This document shows, piece by piece, positions 24,830-38,544 of a DNA stretch of 64,000 bases. The stretch's first letter is position 1. Every line of letters starts with the position of its first letter. The notes under the pieces were generated by a model. That model was not told the DNA's origin. It was given only the letters and a program-made list of their open reading frames with translations, and searched no databases. The stretch comes from Mobula birostris. Its lineage: Eukaryota. Made by a program: the position numbers and the translations under genes. The stretch is taken from assembly GCF_030028105.1 (NCBI RefSeq), contig NC_092377.1:79824569-79888568 (forward strand), given 5' to 3'.

Positions 24830-25530
24830 GTGAGAGGTGGGGAGCGGCATCATCGAGAGCAGGAAGGCATAAAGAAGGGAAATAGAACTGAATAGACTAA
24901 CAAACTCAGGAAAAGGTAAGGGACAGTGTGCGACTTGTGTAAGGAGGTGTGAGGAATGAAGAGAGAAGGAGTCAATGAGAAATGTGAGCAGGATGGTGCA
25001 GAGAGCATTAGTGGGAGAGAGAATGAGCAAATGGGTATCTATAGAGGGGGAGTGAGTGTGGCAAGGGGAGTGAGAGAAGAGGGGGAGTTGGTGATCGAGT
25101 AAGAGGATCATTGAGTGTGAAAATAGAAACATCATAGAGACAGTAGGAGTGGGAGGGGGAGTGGGGGAGGGGGAGAGGAGAGGGAGAGGGAGGGGGAGGA
25201 GGGAGAGCACAACAGGGGTGTGCAGAAAGAGTGAATGTTTTGGGATAGAGAGAGGGGCATGTGGTTTGTGTGGAGTGGGGACTGTTGAGGTAGGGAAAAG
25301 GGATAATTGTATTTGAAAGGGGAAATGGAGGTAGATTGCAGGAGCAGAGTTAGTGGGACAGGGAGAGGAAAAGGGGTACTGGAGGTTGAGGAAGGAGAAA
25401 CGGGGAAGTGGTCAACAGAGCAAGTGGAGTGGAGATTAAAGAAGCAGAGAGAAATGTGCAGAGCAGAAGCAGGGCAGTGTGTGAGAGAGTGGGAGGGCAA
25501 GTGGGAGTAGGTGGGAAATGGTTAGGGAAA
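24830..25530 (+). repeat. Purine-rich (GA/G-run) low-complexity tract
   Basis: Strong A/G strand bias; similar tracts occur at ~22150-22350, ~36400-36760 and ~60180-60430. Confidence 0.7.
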
Positions 25531-25625
25531 AGGATTGCAACAACATTCAAGTTCAAATTTATAAGTACATTTATTATCAAAGTGCATGTATGCCATCATA
25601 TACTACCCTGAGATTTATTTAGAAC

Positions 25626-28600
25626 TGTCATACAGTATTTATGGGACTGGGAAGTTGGGTAGCCATGAATAACACACACGAGAGACAGAGAGGTGAGGAG
25701 CAAATATGCAGCTGTTAATTTTGCTTGCAAGCCATCTACACAGAATGCCCTCTCACATTACGTTCAGTAGATAACACACAGGGAAGCTTCACAGCCATCC
25801 GTAAGGGATAAAATATACATGAACACACTACATATCCGTACACATGAATACAGACCATATCCTCCCCTTTATTCTAAAGGTTTCTCCCCCTTCCCACACA
25901 CAGACCAGCTAACATTCATCAAATTCAACCAACAACAAAAAACATTTTTTTTTCTAAACTAGAGAAAGAGAGTAGACTGCCTCTATTCCCAGATGTAACC
26001 CTGGAGATTACTCTGCCCCATGTGCTGAGGGTCAGTCATTAAACTAAAGATTCAATCTGTTTGGAGGCCTTCTGTTCCTGTGAAGGTACCAAAAACCTGG
26101 AGATGACACCAAAGTCATTTTCTCTTGGTGGTGTATTTATAGATCTTGGCTTGGGTACTGCATTGTCATTAGAGGGCACCTCAGGAAGCACAGTTGATAG
26201 GGAAGCATTGGCTGTGTCATTTGATTTTAACAATTGTCGTCTCAGAATCCTGTCCTACAACTGGTTTGGATTGGTCAGATTGTGTTTGTTTTCAGTTGCC
26301 TCAGAGGTGGGCAACAGTTGATCAACATGCCTTCTCCATATGTTGTGGTTACTAGTTGCCACTGTGTATGACACATTACCAGTTTGTATCACCACTGTCA
26401 CAAGTATCTACCTTGTTCCAGAGATGTAGTTCTGGGAAACTACTCTCTCTCTTGCTGTGAAACTTCAGTACTTTGCTTTGGCACGTCACTCTTCTTGGGT
26501 TTTCTGTTCATTTAGCACAGTCTGTTTTGCGTTTGGGGGTCTAACCAGGTCAAGCTAGGTAAGAAGCTGTCTCTTCATCAGTTCAGTGGAAGGAGCCATT
26601 TTGGTGGTGGTGTGAGCTGTGTTATGGTATGTCAGCAAGAACATATTAAGACACTGGTTAAGAGGACCATCTCTCACTGAAAGGTTGAGGGCTTGTTTCA
26701 TTATTTGTACGAATTGTACAGCAAGGCCATTAGTTGCTGGATGATATGGTGCTGACTTGATGTACTGAATAACATTTGCTTCCATATATAGGTTGAACTC
26801 TTCAGACAGGAGTTGTGGGCCATTGTCAATTACAAGCTGTTGAGGAAGCCCAAAATGACTGAAGTTGGAATGTTGCTCCTCCATGCATTTGTCAGATGTA
26901 GCGCTCTTCGTAATGGCAACCTTGCACCGTCTGCTGTGTGTGCATTCATTATGACCAAGAACATGTGGCTTTCTACAGGTCCTGCAAAATCTATGTAAAT
27001 CCTCTACCATGGTTCTTTAGGCAATTCCTATGGACACAAAGGAGCAAGTTGAAAAATATTTCTCATTCACTGGCCTTCACTTCAATGGTTATATACAGTC
27101 CCAGCCACTAGAAATAGCTGTGTGCAATTCTTTCATGCACACTATGCCAAAGTGCCCTGCACGTAGCTCAACAAGCACCTGTTTCCTTAATGGTAGAGGA
27201 ATGACAACACAGTAAACATCCTGCTTAGACTGTGAGCTCCCTCCATTGAGCCTGGTAAGGCTACAATTTTATGGTTACAATTCAGCCAGGGAAGGAATGC
27301 CTGCCTGTGGACTAAAAATTGATGTCGTGGGGTGATGATCTGTCAGTAGTGTAAAGCATCAACCGAAGAACTGATGGAATTTCTTAACTCCAAAGATAAT
27401 TGCAAGTGCTTCCCACTCAATCTGGTCATAGTGGCTTTCTGCTGCGTTTAATGTCCTTGATGCGGAAGCAAGTGGATACACTTCACCCAACGACATAATG
27501 TGTGAGATAACTGCCCCCACATCATAGGGTGATGTGGCGCAGGCCAACTGTATGACAGGTTGAAGCCTGTGAGTACTTCAGATTGTGACAAAGCTGGTTA
27601 GGCCTTTTTAAAAGCCTCTTCACAGCAATTCATCCACTGCCAGAATGTTGATTTATTTAAAACTTCATGAAGTAGTTTCAGTGTGGTAGCTAGTTTCAAA
27701 ACAAACTTTGCATGCTATGTTAGTAGTTGTAAGAAAGTTCTTAATTGACTTACATTCTGGGGTTGTGGAGCGTTCAAAACTGCCTTCTTCTTTGTTGGTA
27801 CCTTGTGTAGCCCTGAGTTGTCAATCACATGGCCCCAATATTCAACCAAAGGTCCAAAGAACTCACACTTAATCCGTCTAGATCCCTAGCCCATATTCCT
27901 TGAGCCTTTGCAGTTTGTAGCATCCAAGTTTTGTAGATGCTCATGCTCATTTTCCCCGTAATAAGTAAGTTATCCAAATAGCATTGCACCTGTCAACCCG
28001 CTCAGGATCTTATCCATTGCTCGCTGAAAAAGTGCGAGAGCTGAGGTGATGCCAAACAGGAGCCTTTGGTAGTTGAACATTCCTTTGTCAGTCACAATGG
28101 TCAACAGTCCCTGTGACTCTGGCTCCACATGCATCTGCAAGTACGTTTGACACAAGTCAATCTTGGTAAATGTCTGTTCTCCAACCAATCCTGCAAAAAA
28201 TTCATCAATAAGGGAAAGAGGGTATTGTTCAGCTGTAAGAGCTGGGTTAATCATTACCTTGAAATCTCCACAAAACCTTGAACTCCTTTCCTTTTATAGA
28301 ACAGGAACACACTGGTTCCAATACTCTGATCCAGTCCAGCCTCCATCTTTGGTTTGAGGGCATATGGAACAGATCCTGCCTTCAGGCAGTTGGGTGTTGT
28401 GTCGGGCTTAACAGTGATTCATTTCATACTGCCCAGTTCTCCATTGAATACACCTGTGTGTCCTTCAACACCTCTTGGAGACCAATGCTTCCACCAATCA
28501 AGTGCACTTCATGCCAGTTGAGTTTGAGCTGCTCCACCCATGAGCGGCACAGAAGTGCTGGATAACAACCTTTAACAATGTACAGTGGAAGTTTCTTTCT

Positions 28601-30595
28601 CTGTTCGTTAATCTCCACTCTAACATGTACTACTCCCCTCAGCAGTGAAAGTCCTTAAAGTCAACCTTACTCCTTCTGGACTGAGGTGCTGCAACTTGTA
28701 AGCTGTCTTTTGACACCAGTGGTAGTGCAGCACCCTTGTCCATCTGCATCCTCACTCTGGCCCCATCCAACTACAGGGTCACCCAATAGCCACTTTTATG
28801 TCTGGAAACAGATAAAGCATGCAAAGCTTCTTCAACTACAGAGTGAGAGACACTCAGTTCCTCCTCAGTATGCTGCATCTTGTTCATGTGTTTCATTTTG
28901 TTTTTCCAAAAGTCATTTTTCTATATTACAATGTTTTTGGTTGACAGTACCTTTGTACTTTTACAGATGTGTTCGATATGTCCCTTTTTGCCACAGCTTC
29001 AGCAATCTAAATCTTTCCACCAGGATTCTTTTGCTGAATGCCTAGTTTTGCCACAATGATCATTTTTTTTTGCCAAAATATGTCTTATTTTTAAAGTCAC
29101 TGGAAATTTTATGAACTTGGGAAAATGCACTTTATAGCTGCACTTCTTTAGCTGCCATCCCCAAAGACGTACTGATCTCAATTGCCTTCTGTAATGTTAC
29201 TCCACTTTCAGTAAGCAAACGTTTTTGAATTGTCTCACTACACAGACAACATACGTAACATGCCATTCGGCAACTGCTGAAAATCAGTGTTCAGACAATT
29301 GCTTCAGCACCGCCACAAACTGTGAAATAGACCCGCCTTCCTCTTGATTTCCTTTATGATACCTAAATCTCTCAGCAATAATCACAGGCTTAGGTGAATA
29401 GTGGTCCTTTAGGACTTTAACTAGAGTATGTCTTCAAAAGGCTTATTACCAGGATACAAGGTTGCAGTAGACAGTGTAATAAATTAAATGTTTTTGCACC
29501 CATCGCAATCAGAAAAGTTGGAACATGAAGATCATCTGAAATTGGATTTGCCAGTGCAAAATATTCAAATCTTTCAGTACATGAACTTCATTGCTCTGTC
29601 ATTTCATCATACAGACCCATACTTACAAAAATTGTCACCATTTTCAAACACAATCATGTTCTAGAAAAGTTAACTAGCCTTATACATCTCTCGCTCTCTC
29701 TCTCTTCCTCTCTTACTTGTTTAATTTAACCATGCTGTTCTTGCTCTCTCCCCTCGGAATGGTCACTCACCACGCTTCGTGCAGGCATTATCTTTTCACT
29801 CTCCCACATTGCACAGCGGTACACCGCTAGCATCGCACACAGACTTTTCATGCCGAAGGAAATAAAACCATAATATTGCATGAGGATTTGACACCTCATT
29901 GCCAATTGTTATGTTTGTGATATCGGGAACCTGGGTGGCTGTGAATAACACACATGAAAGATAGAGAAACAAACATGCAACTGTTTATTTTGCTTGTAAG
30001 TCTATAAGACATAGGAGCAGAATTAGGCCATTCAGCCCATCGAGTCTGCTCTGCCATTCCATCATGGCTGATCCCGATAGCACTCAACCCCATACACCTG
30101 CCTTCTCGCCATATCCTTTGATGTCCTGACCAATTAGGAAACTTCCGCCTTAAATATATCCATGGACCTGGCCTCTACCGCAGTCTGTGGCAGAGCATTC
30201 CACAGATTCACTACTCTGGCTAAAAAAATTCCTTCTTACCTCTGTTCTAAAAGGTCACCCCTCAATACTGAGGCTTTGCCTCCATTTCTGGATATCCCCA
30301 CCACAGGAAACATCTGCCCTCTCTAGTCTTTTCAACATTCGGTAGGTTTCAATGGGATCTGCATGCATTCTTCTAAATCCCAGTGAGTACAGGCCCAAAT
30401 CTGTCAAGCACTCCTCATATGTTTACCCCCTTCATTCCCAGAATCATCCTCGTGAACCTATTCATCTATTTAGAATGCCTCACATTACACTTAGTACATA
30501 ACACACAGGGAAACTTGACAGCAACCTGTAAAAAAATACATAAATATATAATAAGAATCAAACATGCAAATTTACGCACACAAAGACTGACAAAC
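25626..30595 (-). mobile_element. Decayed near-full-length Ty3/Gypsy LTR retrotransposon (gag-PR-RT-RH-INT)
   Basis: RT: QYPLSLIDEFF..KIDLCQTYLQ..YQRLLFGITSA. RNase H: ASASRTLNAAESHYDQIEWEALAIIFGVKKFHQF. Integrase: FGLPQQLVIDNGPQ..SAPYHPATNGLA. Diverged LTRs at ~25626-25859 and ~29905-30595; PPT aaaggggagga next to the left LTR; PBS-like TGGCAATGAGG next to the right LTR. Confidence 0.88.
30003..30460 (-). mobile_element. CR1 3' fragment inserted into the Gypsy 5' LTR
   Basis: tataagacataggagcagaattaggccattcagcccatcgagtctgc is a CR1 3' end; LTR similarity resumes at ~30465. Confidence 0.8.
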
Positions 30596-30939
30596 AAAAG
30601 AGAGGGTTGAGTCAAAGGAAGCGTAGGAGCAGAGAGAGGGTGAAAGATAGGTGCAGGGTGGGAATACTGTCCTAAATTTGCAAGTGGACAAGTGAATCTC
30701 TCTCTCTTTCCCCACCTTCCCTCAACCCCTCAGCTCTTCACTGCCACACCTTGCTCCTCACTCTCCCTTTATCCCACCCTTCTCCTTCCTCCTCTCTCTC
30801 ACCTGGTCCTGCTTTGCCACTCTGGGTACTTGCAGTTCTGCACATGAGCCTCCAGAAGTTTCCTTCAGTGAGTCTCCTCAGTGACACAGCATACCCATTG
30901 AGCAGAAGCTGTGAGGAAACTGAGGGAATGGTCCCATCA

Positions 30940-32909
30940 CAGTGGATTTAATTTCCCTTTTTTTGACACTGATCAACAGAAAAAGACTCTTTTTGTGTCA
31001 AAGTGCAAACAATTCTCTACAAAGTGATCTAAATTAATTACAAATGTAAAACACAATATAATTGATTATATCAGTATTCACCCCCTTTAATATGACACAC
31101 CAAATCATCACTGGTGCAGCCAATTGGTTTTAGAAGGCACATAATTAGTTAAATAGAGATCTGGTTTTGGAGACCTGTGTGCAGTCAAGGTGTTTCAACT
31201 GATCGTAGTAAAAATACACCTGCATCTGGAAGGTCCATCTGCTGGTGAGTCAGTATCCTGCCAAAAACTACTCCATGAAGATGAAAGAACACTCCAAGCA
31301 ACTCTGTGAAAAGGTTATTGAAAAGCACAAGTCAGGAGGTGGAAACAAGGAAGTTTCCAAGTCACTGAATATCCCTTGGAGTACAGTTAAGTCAATCATC
31401 AAGAAATGGAATGAATATAGCACAGCTACAAATCTGCCAAGAGCAGGTCGTCATCAAAAACTGAGTGACCTTGCAAGAAGAGGACTAGTGAGGGAGGCCA
31501 CCAAGAGACCTGTGACAACTCTGGAGGAGTTATAAGCTTCAGTGGCTGAGATGGGAGAGCCTGCACATTCAACAACTGTTGTCCAGGTTCACCAGTCGCA
31601 GCTTTATGGGAAAGTGGCAAAGAGAAAACCATTGTTGAAAAAAAACCCGCATGAAACTTTGGCTAGAGTTTGCCAGGAGTCAGCTGGAAGAAGGTTCTAT
31701 GGTCTGATGAAACCAAAATTGAGCATTTTGGCTATCAGACTAAACGCTATGTTCAGCGTAAGCCAAACACCGTGCATCATCAAAAACACACCATCCGTAC
31801 CATGAAACATGGTGGTGGCTGCATCATGATGTAGAGGTACTTCACTGCAACAGGCCCTGGAAGGCTTGTTAAGGTAGAGGGTAAAATGAATGCAGCAAAA
31901 TACAGGGAAATCCTGGGGGAAAACCTGATGCAGTCCGCAAGAGAACTGCGACTTTGGAGAAGATTTGTTTTACAGCAAGACAATGTACAAAGTTGCTGGA
32001 GACCTATCCACACACAAGCTGTAATTGCTGTTAAAGGTGCATCTACTAAATACTGACTTGAAGAGGGTGAATACTTATGCAACGAACTATTTTGTGTTTT
32101 ATATTTGTGTAACACTCATTTTGCCTAGTGGCATGATCTCGGGATTGATGACCCTCTGGCCGGCCAAACCTTAGAACTCTCATTTGGGTGGATGCTGCAT
32201 AATGTGTCCCCTGTGTCAGATCAGTACTCCGAAATAACAAACAATACACAATATGCGGTTAGACAAGTAAGATTTTATAACTCTTACTTTGACTATGAGA
32301 CTAATAGAGAAATAAAGTACAAAATAAAAGGCGCCAATAATCTTATTAAACAGTCCAGTGCACAAATCACTGGAGCTCACAGGTTTTCCTTCAACGATCC
32401 TCCTTCGATTGTCATCGACCTCTGAGCTCCTGCCTAGAGCCCAGAGGGTCGGGCAACCCAGCAACTCAAGTCTCTTCATCCTCCTCGCGCCTTCTCCCTG
32501 AAGCCCGCGCAAACTGACAGCTTTCACACAGACAAGAAAGAATAACATCTCTTCCATTGGTTAGCACTGAATTCCAAAGTCCCGTTATCTCGACCTATAA
32601 CCCAAACATGCTGCTACAGAAAATCCATTACCTCAGCAGTTAACATTACAGAGAAGCTATTTTATTATAACACTACAGAGAAGCCATTTTATTACCCTTA
32701 GCAGTTAACATAAAAGAGAAACCCTTACATTTGTAATTAATTCAGATCACTTTGGAGTAATCTGTTTTCACTTTGACACAAAAGAGTCTTTTTTTCTGTT
32801 GATCAGTGTCAAAAAGAGCCAGATTAAATCCATTGTAATTCAATGTTGTAAACATGAAAACTTCCAGGGGTGGGCGGGGGTGGGGGGTGAATACTTATTA
32901 TAGGCACTG
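30940..32909 (+). mobile_element. Tc1-like transposon, internally deleted, outer left TIR missing
   Basis: HTH region MKMKEHSKQLCEKVIEKHKSG..IPWSTVKSIIKKW..GRHQKLS, then KHGGGCIM and QQDN; right end gaatacttattataggcactg|TA. Confidence 0.85.
32108..32729. mobile_element. Solo LTR (622 bp) nested in the Tc1 right arm
   Basis: TGTAA...TTACA termini with a 4-bp TSD TTTG (32104-32107 and 32730-32733). Confidence 0.85.
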
Positions 32910-33371
32910 TAACTCTGCACTAGTGACACATTCTCAGTTAATCACCAAGGATAAAGTATCAACGTTATTCACCATATATATTTACATGTATTAGCAATTT
33001 GCTGTGGTTTGTTAGGCAGGTGCCACATGTAACAACATTCAGCAATCATAAAGAATAAAAAGTATGTAAAATAAAATTAGAGGTTAAATGATGGATAGGA
33101 ATAAAATGTGGTTAAATACATAAATACTAGCATATATTTACAATGTAAACAGCATGATAAATAGTTTCTACAATGCAGTGCAGAGATGGGCTTTATAGAT
33201 AAAGTGGGGTAGGGGGCGATTAAGAATGGTTGATCATTATAACTGCCTGTGGAGAGAAATTTGTAAGATGGTGTTTTAACAGCTATGTACGCTTTCCAGA
33301 AGGGAGATTTTGGAAAAGTCAGTTTGCAGGGTGGCACCTTGACACAAAAATATTATCATTTTTACAACCCC

Positions 33372-33967
33372 TGAAACCCCCTGGTTTCCTTGGCTGCATA
33401 GGTCTTGGAAAGACACCCTCCGGTCCTGCCAAACTCGTGAGACCTTGTTACAAATTAATGCCATGAAATAACAGAGTACACTGCATGTGATTAAAGGAAT
33501 TATATTTATGAATCTTAACTAAGAGGTTCGTAAAGAATAACAAAACGAAAAGGGCCCATTTTAATTAAACAGTCAAATGTGCACAAGTTGGAGCTCATCT
33601 TGAACTTCTCTCACTCATACGCTGGGTCCTCGGTCAACGTGATAACACACACCACCTTCCGAACGTCGCTTACAATCCATCTCAAATAAACAGGACTCCT
33701 ACCGGGTTGTACCTTACGACCAGTTCTCCCCAGCGTCTTCTCTCTTTATCTCCCGCCGAACCAAACAGAAAATCCCCAAGCCAACATTTGTGTCCCTCAC
33801 CAAGAAAACCTCCCCCTAAATCTACTATCCTAATTGGATGTCACACACTCCTCATTATCTCTTATCTTCAATAATAACCCAAACAGGCTGACAGCAGAAC
33901 AGACTGCTCTTACAGAACAGCTAAATGAAATACCTACAGTATAACAGTAATGAACCAGGGAATTACA
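33372..33967. mobile_element. Solo LTR related to 32108-32729
   Basis: TG...TTACA termini; shares ttaaacagtc..tgcacaa..tggagctca with the neighbouring LTR; imperfect TSD cccc/gccc. Confidence 0.6.
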
Positions 33968-35239
33968 GCCCTTTGGAATCTTGATCTAGCTCTATTGCTT
34001 TTCGCATTATAACTTTCACCTCCCCTACCCCACCACCCCACAAAATACCTGTAATTCTAGCTGCTTGATCATTCCCGAATCCAATAAATCATCATACAAT
34101 CAGATATGACATGAGCCTGCCCTGAGAAATGTCTTCAATCACAGCTGGTAACCCTATCATTTGACAAGCAGAGGTACGGTATCAACTTTACCTTAATAAC
34201 AGCAATTAAATAAGCAATCGGCAATATGTGTTAAAAATAAAGTCTTTCACGCAAAGCTACTAATTAAATATTTTGTAAAAATAGTTAAGGCCACAGCTAG
34301 TAACATTTGCACTTGCTTAAATGAACGGCATAAGACTACGCAGATGCCAATCAAATGAAAACAGAGGAGCCCCTGTTTTGCTCTCCACTTTACAAAGCAA
34401 TCACATCATGATTGTTGCTACCAGCTTCCTTCAGTAGTACAGAACACCAAGTTCAAAAGAATGAGTACACTGTGTGGCAGAGCACCAACGCACTGTCGTG
34501 ACAAAAACAATCAGTTTGATTATGAGAACCATGTCACTTTTGGGTAAAAGGATTGATTATCTTTCCTTTTAGTACCTTGCAAACCAAGTAAACTTCATAT
34601 TTTTTATTTCCTTCTCCTTTTACCACCCTCTCTTGTCCTGACCTCCTGCTCTCCACCCTAACATAGACCATCCCATTTCAACTCAGCTTGTCCCTCTTAA
34701 TGTAACTGGGTGAAACCTTTCTATCTTCATTTCTGACAGCGAGTCAATGACTTGAAATACTATCACCGTTCCTCTCCGCTAACAATGCCTGGCTGATTAA
34801 TCATCTCTGTTTTCTGTTCTTGTGGTAACTACCATGCCTGTCTGGCATGCTCCATCAGTGAGGCAGCGAGCTGTAAGCTGTAGGAAGAGTTGCCTAGTCT
34901 GCAGAATTTCGCCAGTGAACTTGGAATTATTGTTTCCTGATTTCTTCTCACCAACCTGCCTCCAAACATCCAGCCAAGACAAGCTAACATCCTTCTCTTT
35001 GTCCCAAAGCAAAAGTATCTGAAGGAAATATTACAATTAAAGTGAAGGATGGCTCAGGGACATACATCGTGGTTGTTTAACCTATTGCCTGCAAGTCTTT
35101 ATCTTCCTGGAGACCTGAAATCAAAGGGAAGGGGTTGGGAGTGCTACAGGAGTTATATGATGCTGGTTAATGTTCAGCTCAAACACTATTACAGTGCTTG
35201 CATCATTGAATAGTGCAGAAGATACCGCTGTTGGCATAT

Positions 35240-35460
35240 TGCTCCACAGACATGGGTTTGATCTGGAGCATGGGTGCAGTCTATGTGGAGTTTGTGTGGG
35301 TTTCCCTGGTTTCCTCTCACATTCCAAAGACAACAAGTGGGTAAACTGAATACTGCACCCTTAGTGTAACTGGATGGCAGGAGAATCGGAAAGCGGGGGA
35401 GTTCATATGACAGCGAATAAGATTGCAAGGAGACAAGCGGGTAAGTGGGCTGATAGGAAA
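35240..35460 (+). mobile_element. HE1-like V-SINE remnant
   Basis: V-domain-like gtctatgtggagtttg..tgggtttcc..ggtttcctctcacattccaaagac; related copies at ~38070-38330 and ~56600-56870. Confidence 0.55.
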
Positions 35461-35564
35461 AAGGAAAACACAGAAGGAAGGATTTTTTATAAGCATGAAG
35501 CAGTGAAATGAAGAGACCACTCTAGCTAGAAATTCATACTGCAAATCAAATAAGGAAATACTTT

Positions 35565-35820
35565 AACACGAGGAAATCTGCAGATGCTGGACTTTCAGGC
35601 AACACACATAAAAGTTGCTGGTGAACGGAACGGGCCAGGCAGTATCTCTAGGAAGAGGTACAGTCGACATTTCGGGCCGAGACCCTTCGTCAGGACTAAC
35701 TGAAAGAAGAGCTAGTAAGAGATTTGAAAGTGGGAGGGGGAGAGGCAGATCCGAAATGATAGGAGAAGACAGGAGGGGAAGGGATGGAGCCAAGAGCTGG
35801 ACAGTTGATTGGCAAAAGGG
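35565..35820 (-). mobile_element. Penelope pLTR fragment with hammerhead motif (35662-35697)
   Basis: Same family as the 14292-14550 end; AGTC CTGACGA AGGGTCTCGGCCC GAAA TGTC GACT. Confidence 0.8.
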
Positions 35821-36819
35821 AAACACTTTTACCAGATTTTCAGTCTGTGTGAAAAATAAAATGCTTTCTCCATTTTCTCTTTTCCTTTGCATCAGCTTAA
35901 TACCAAAGGCCCGTTTGTAAAAAGCAATAGTCGGGGTGACAACATAACATTCAAAACTTTGGATTAAAGAATTCATCTCTGTGCTAGTTTCAGTAGATGA
36001 GTAATGTAGACAAGTTTAATTCAGTCCACATTATTCCAAAGCAATCTTTAGGCTATTTTAATTAGTAATCTGCACTCAAACTACAGACAGGAACTTTACA
36101 CACACCCAGGTTAGCAAGTTAAATATAGTCATAGAGCCTACACCATGAAGGCAGGCCCTTCTGTCCACCCAGTCTGCACCAAATATCAACCAGTCATTTG
36201 CTCAATCCTATCTTAATCCCATTATGATTCTCCCCACATTCTCATGAATCCAGAATGCAAGTTACAAGAGCTTGTAAATAATTTTCAAAAGTTAACTATA
36301 ATTGAGTACTATTCTAATTGCACTGTAAAATAATAATGGATTACCAAGTTGTTTGAATGATCCAAAAGGAAAATATTTTGCCTTTGAGAAAGAAGAAGAG
36401 TTGGGGGGGGAGGGGGTGTGGAGAATGCGCAAGAGAAACGAAAGGGTGAGAGTGGGCAAGAGTGGTATGGGGAAATAGGAGGCTTGGGGAAGGAAAGGAA
36501 CTCAAACGAAGAGTAGGAGAATGTGAGAGGATAGAGGGAAATGAGGGTGAGAGAATGAGAGTGTAGAGAAGAAGCAAGTGAGGGGAGCACAGGGGGATAG
36601 GGGAGGGGGAAACTAAGGGAAAGGGGAAGAAGGGGAAGTTAGGACAGAAGAAGCAAAAGGAAAGGAAGAGGAAGGGGAATGAGAGGGTAAGGGGACAAGG
36701 GAAGAAGAATAGGATGGGAGAAGTATAGGGAGAGAAATAAGGGCGGAGAAATATGAGGTGAATGTTCCAGCATCCTTCGCAATGTGCTGTAAATGAGGGA
36801 AAACTACAGAATGTAAACT

Positions 36820-37620
36820 AAAGAACAGGAACAGGTCCTGCAGCCCACCATATCTACTACTGCTCTCTATCTGCTATGACCAAGTCAACTTTGTATCTAA
36901 TTTACCAACTCGTTGCGGGTCCCATGCAAATTAATCTACCATATCAGACCTTGCCAAAGGCTTTAGAAAAATTTGCGTTGACAATATTTACTGCTCTACC
37001 CTCATCAACCATCTTTATCACATTCTCAAAAAGCACAATCAAATTAGTGAGACACAACCTCCCCCATATAATGCCACACTAACTATCTCAAAGAACTCCA
37101 TGATTATCCAAATGCAAAAAAATCTTTCCCCTATGAATTTTCTCCAGTAATTTCTCTACTACAAATGCAAGGCTTACTGGCCGATAATTTTCTGGTTTGA
37201 TCCTGTTGCCTTTCTTAAACAAAGGAGTTTTGGTTATTCGCCAGTTCTGGCACCTTGCTTTTGGTTGAAATGGATACAGAGAGCTCTATGAAGGCCCCAG
37301 CTATTTTCTTCCTTGCTTCCTTCACAATTCTGGGATAAATCAGGCCCTGGCAAATATTAGCCCATGTTTTTCAAGATATTAGACACCTCCTCATTCTTAA
37401 TATTGGCACACCCGGGTATATTAATATACCCAACCCTGATCCTATTATCATCCAAGTCCTTCCCCTTGGTGAATACCAATGCAATGTACTCATTAAAGCC
37501 TTCATCCACTACCTCAGGCTCCACGGATAAATTCTCTCCTTTGAGTGGAAAGCGAAGACACAGGAGAGAAATTTCTGTATGGAGCCAGAGGAAGTGGGTG
37601 AGGTCCTCAATGAGTACTTA
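36820..37620 (-). mobile_element. Decayed CR1 LINE fragments
   Basis: CR1 3' end gaacaggaacaggtcctgcagcccacc; RT-upstream region similar to ~17100-17780. Confidence 0.6.
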
Positions 37621-38069
37621 AAAAAAAAGACATGTGAAAAGTATTAACATACTAATTTGAAATTGTGATAACTATGCTCTTTGATGGCAATTAAATGGGA
37701 GCATAAGAAATTACTGTAATGTACTACCAATGAGATTATGGTAGGGTAAAATGTGACGTCTAATGAATAAGTTCAGGAACTGATTTCTCATTCCTTTAAT
37801 TAATTGAGTTGTCAATTTTTATAGAATTTTATGTTCTTTCCATTTAAATCTGTGACTTTACACTTAACTTACAATAAATTGTCTGATGAACAGATTATAT
37901 TATGTATTGATCTGTATACTGTGGAGCAGGGGGATCAGAGTACAGAAGAAAGAATTCTAAATTTCCTCTTCAAAAGGAAATACGATTTAAGGCTTAGACT
38001 TTTCAGGGGGAATGGGGTAGTATTCCTCTTGGAGGTTTCAAGGCATTAAACACAGCAGAGAATTGCAAC

Positions 38070-38330
38070 TAGTAGAGCTGCTGCCTTTCAGATCAAGAGA
38101 CTTGGGTTCAATCCTGACCTGACACAAAGTCTGTGAGGAGTTTACATTTTCTCCCTGTGACTCCATGGGCTTCTCAAAGCTGCTCTGGCATTCTCCGACA
38201 TCCTAAAGCCCTGTGTTCTGGTAAGTCATTTGGCAACTGTAAATTTCCCTTCAAGTGTGGATGTGTGGTAGAAATCCAGAGAGAAGTTGTAAAAGACTGA
38301 ATGGATATGCGCAAATTGGTTTTAGTGAGT
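38070..38330 (+). mobile_element. HE1-like V-SINE remnant
   Basis: tRNA-like head agagctgctgcct..gggttcaatcctgacc followed by a V-domain-like body. Confidence 0.6.
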
Positions 38331-38544
38331 GAGTGTCGCTTGCTGGCACCATCGGTGCTATCTCTCAGCATTTTGCTGATGATGGAACGTTGACAGGCAG
38401 TAAGTAGCTGTACTGGATTTATCAGCTTTCTGCAGGCAAAAGACATCTAGATATTGTTTGGCAGATACTGACTTCGTAATTGTAAAGCAGGTACAAATTC
38501 AGGTCAGAGTTAGAATCATAATCAGGTTTATTCTCCTTAATATA

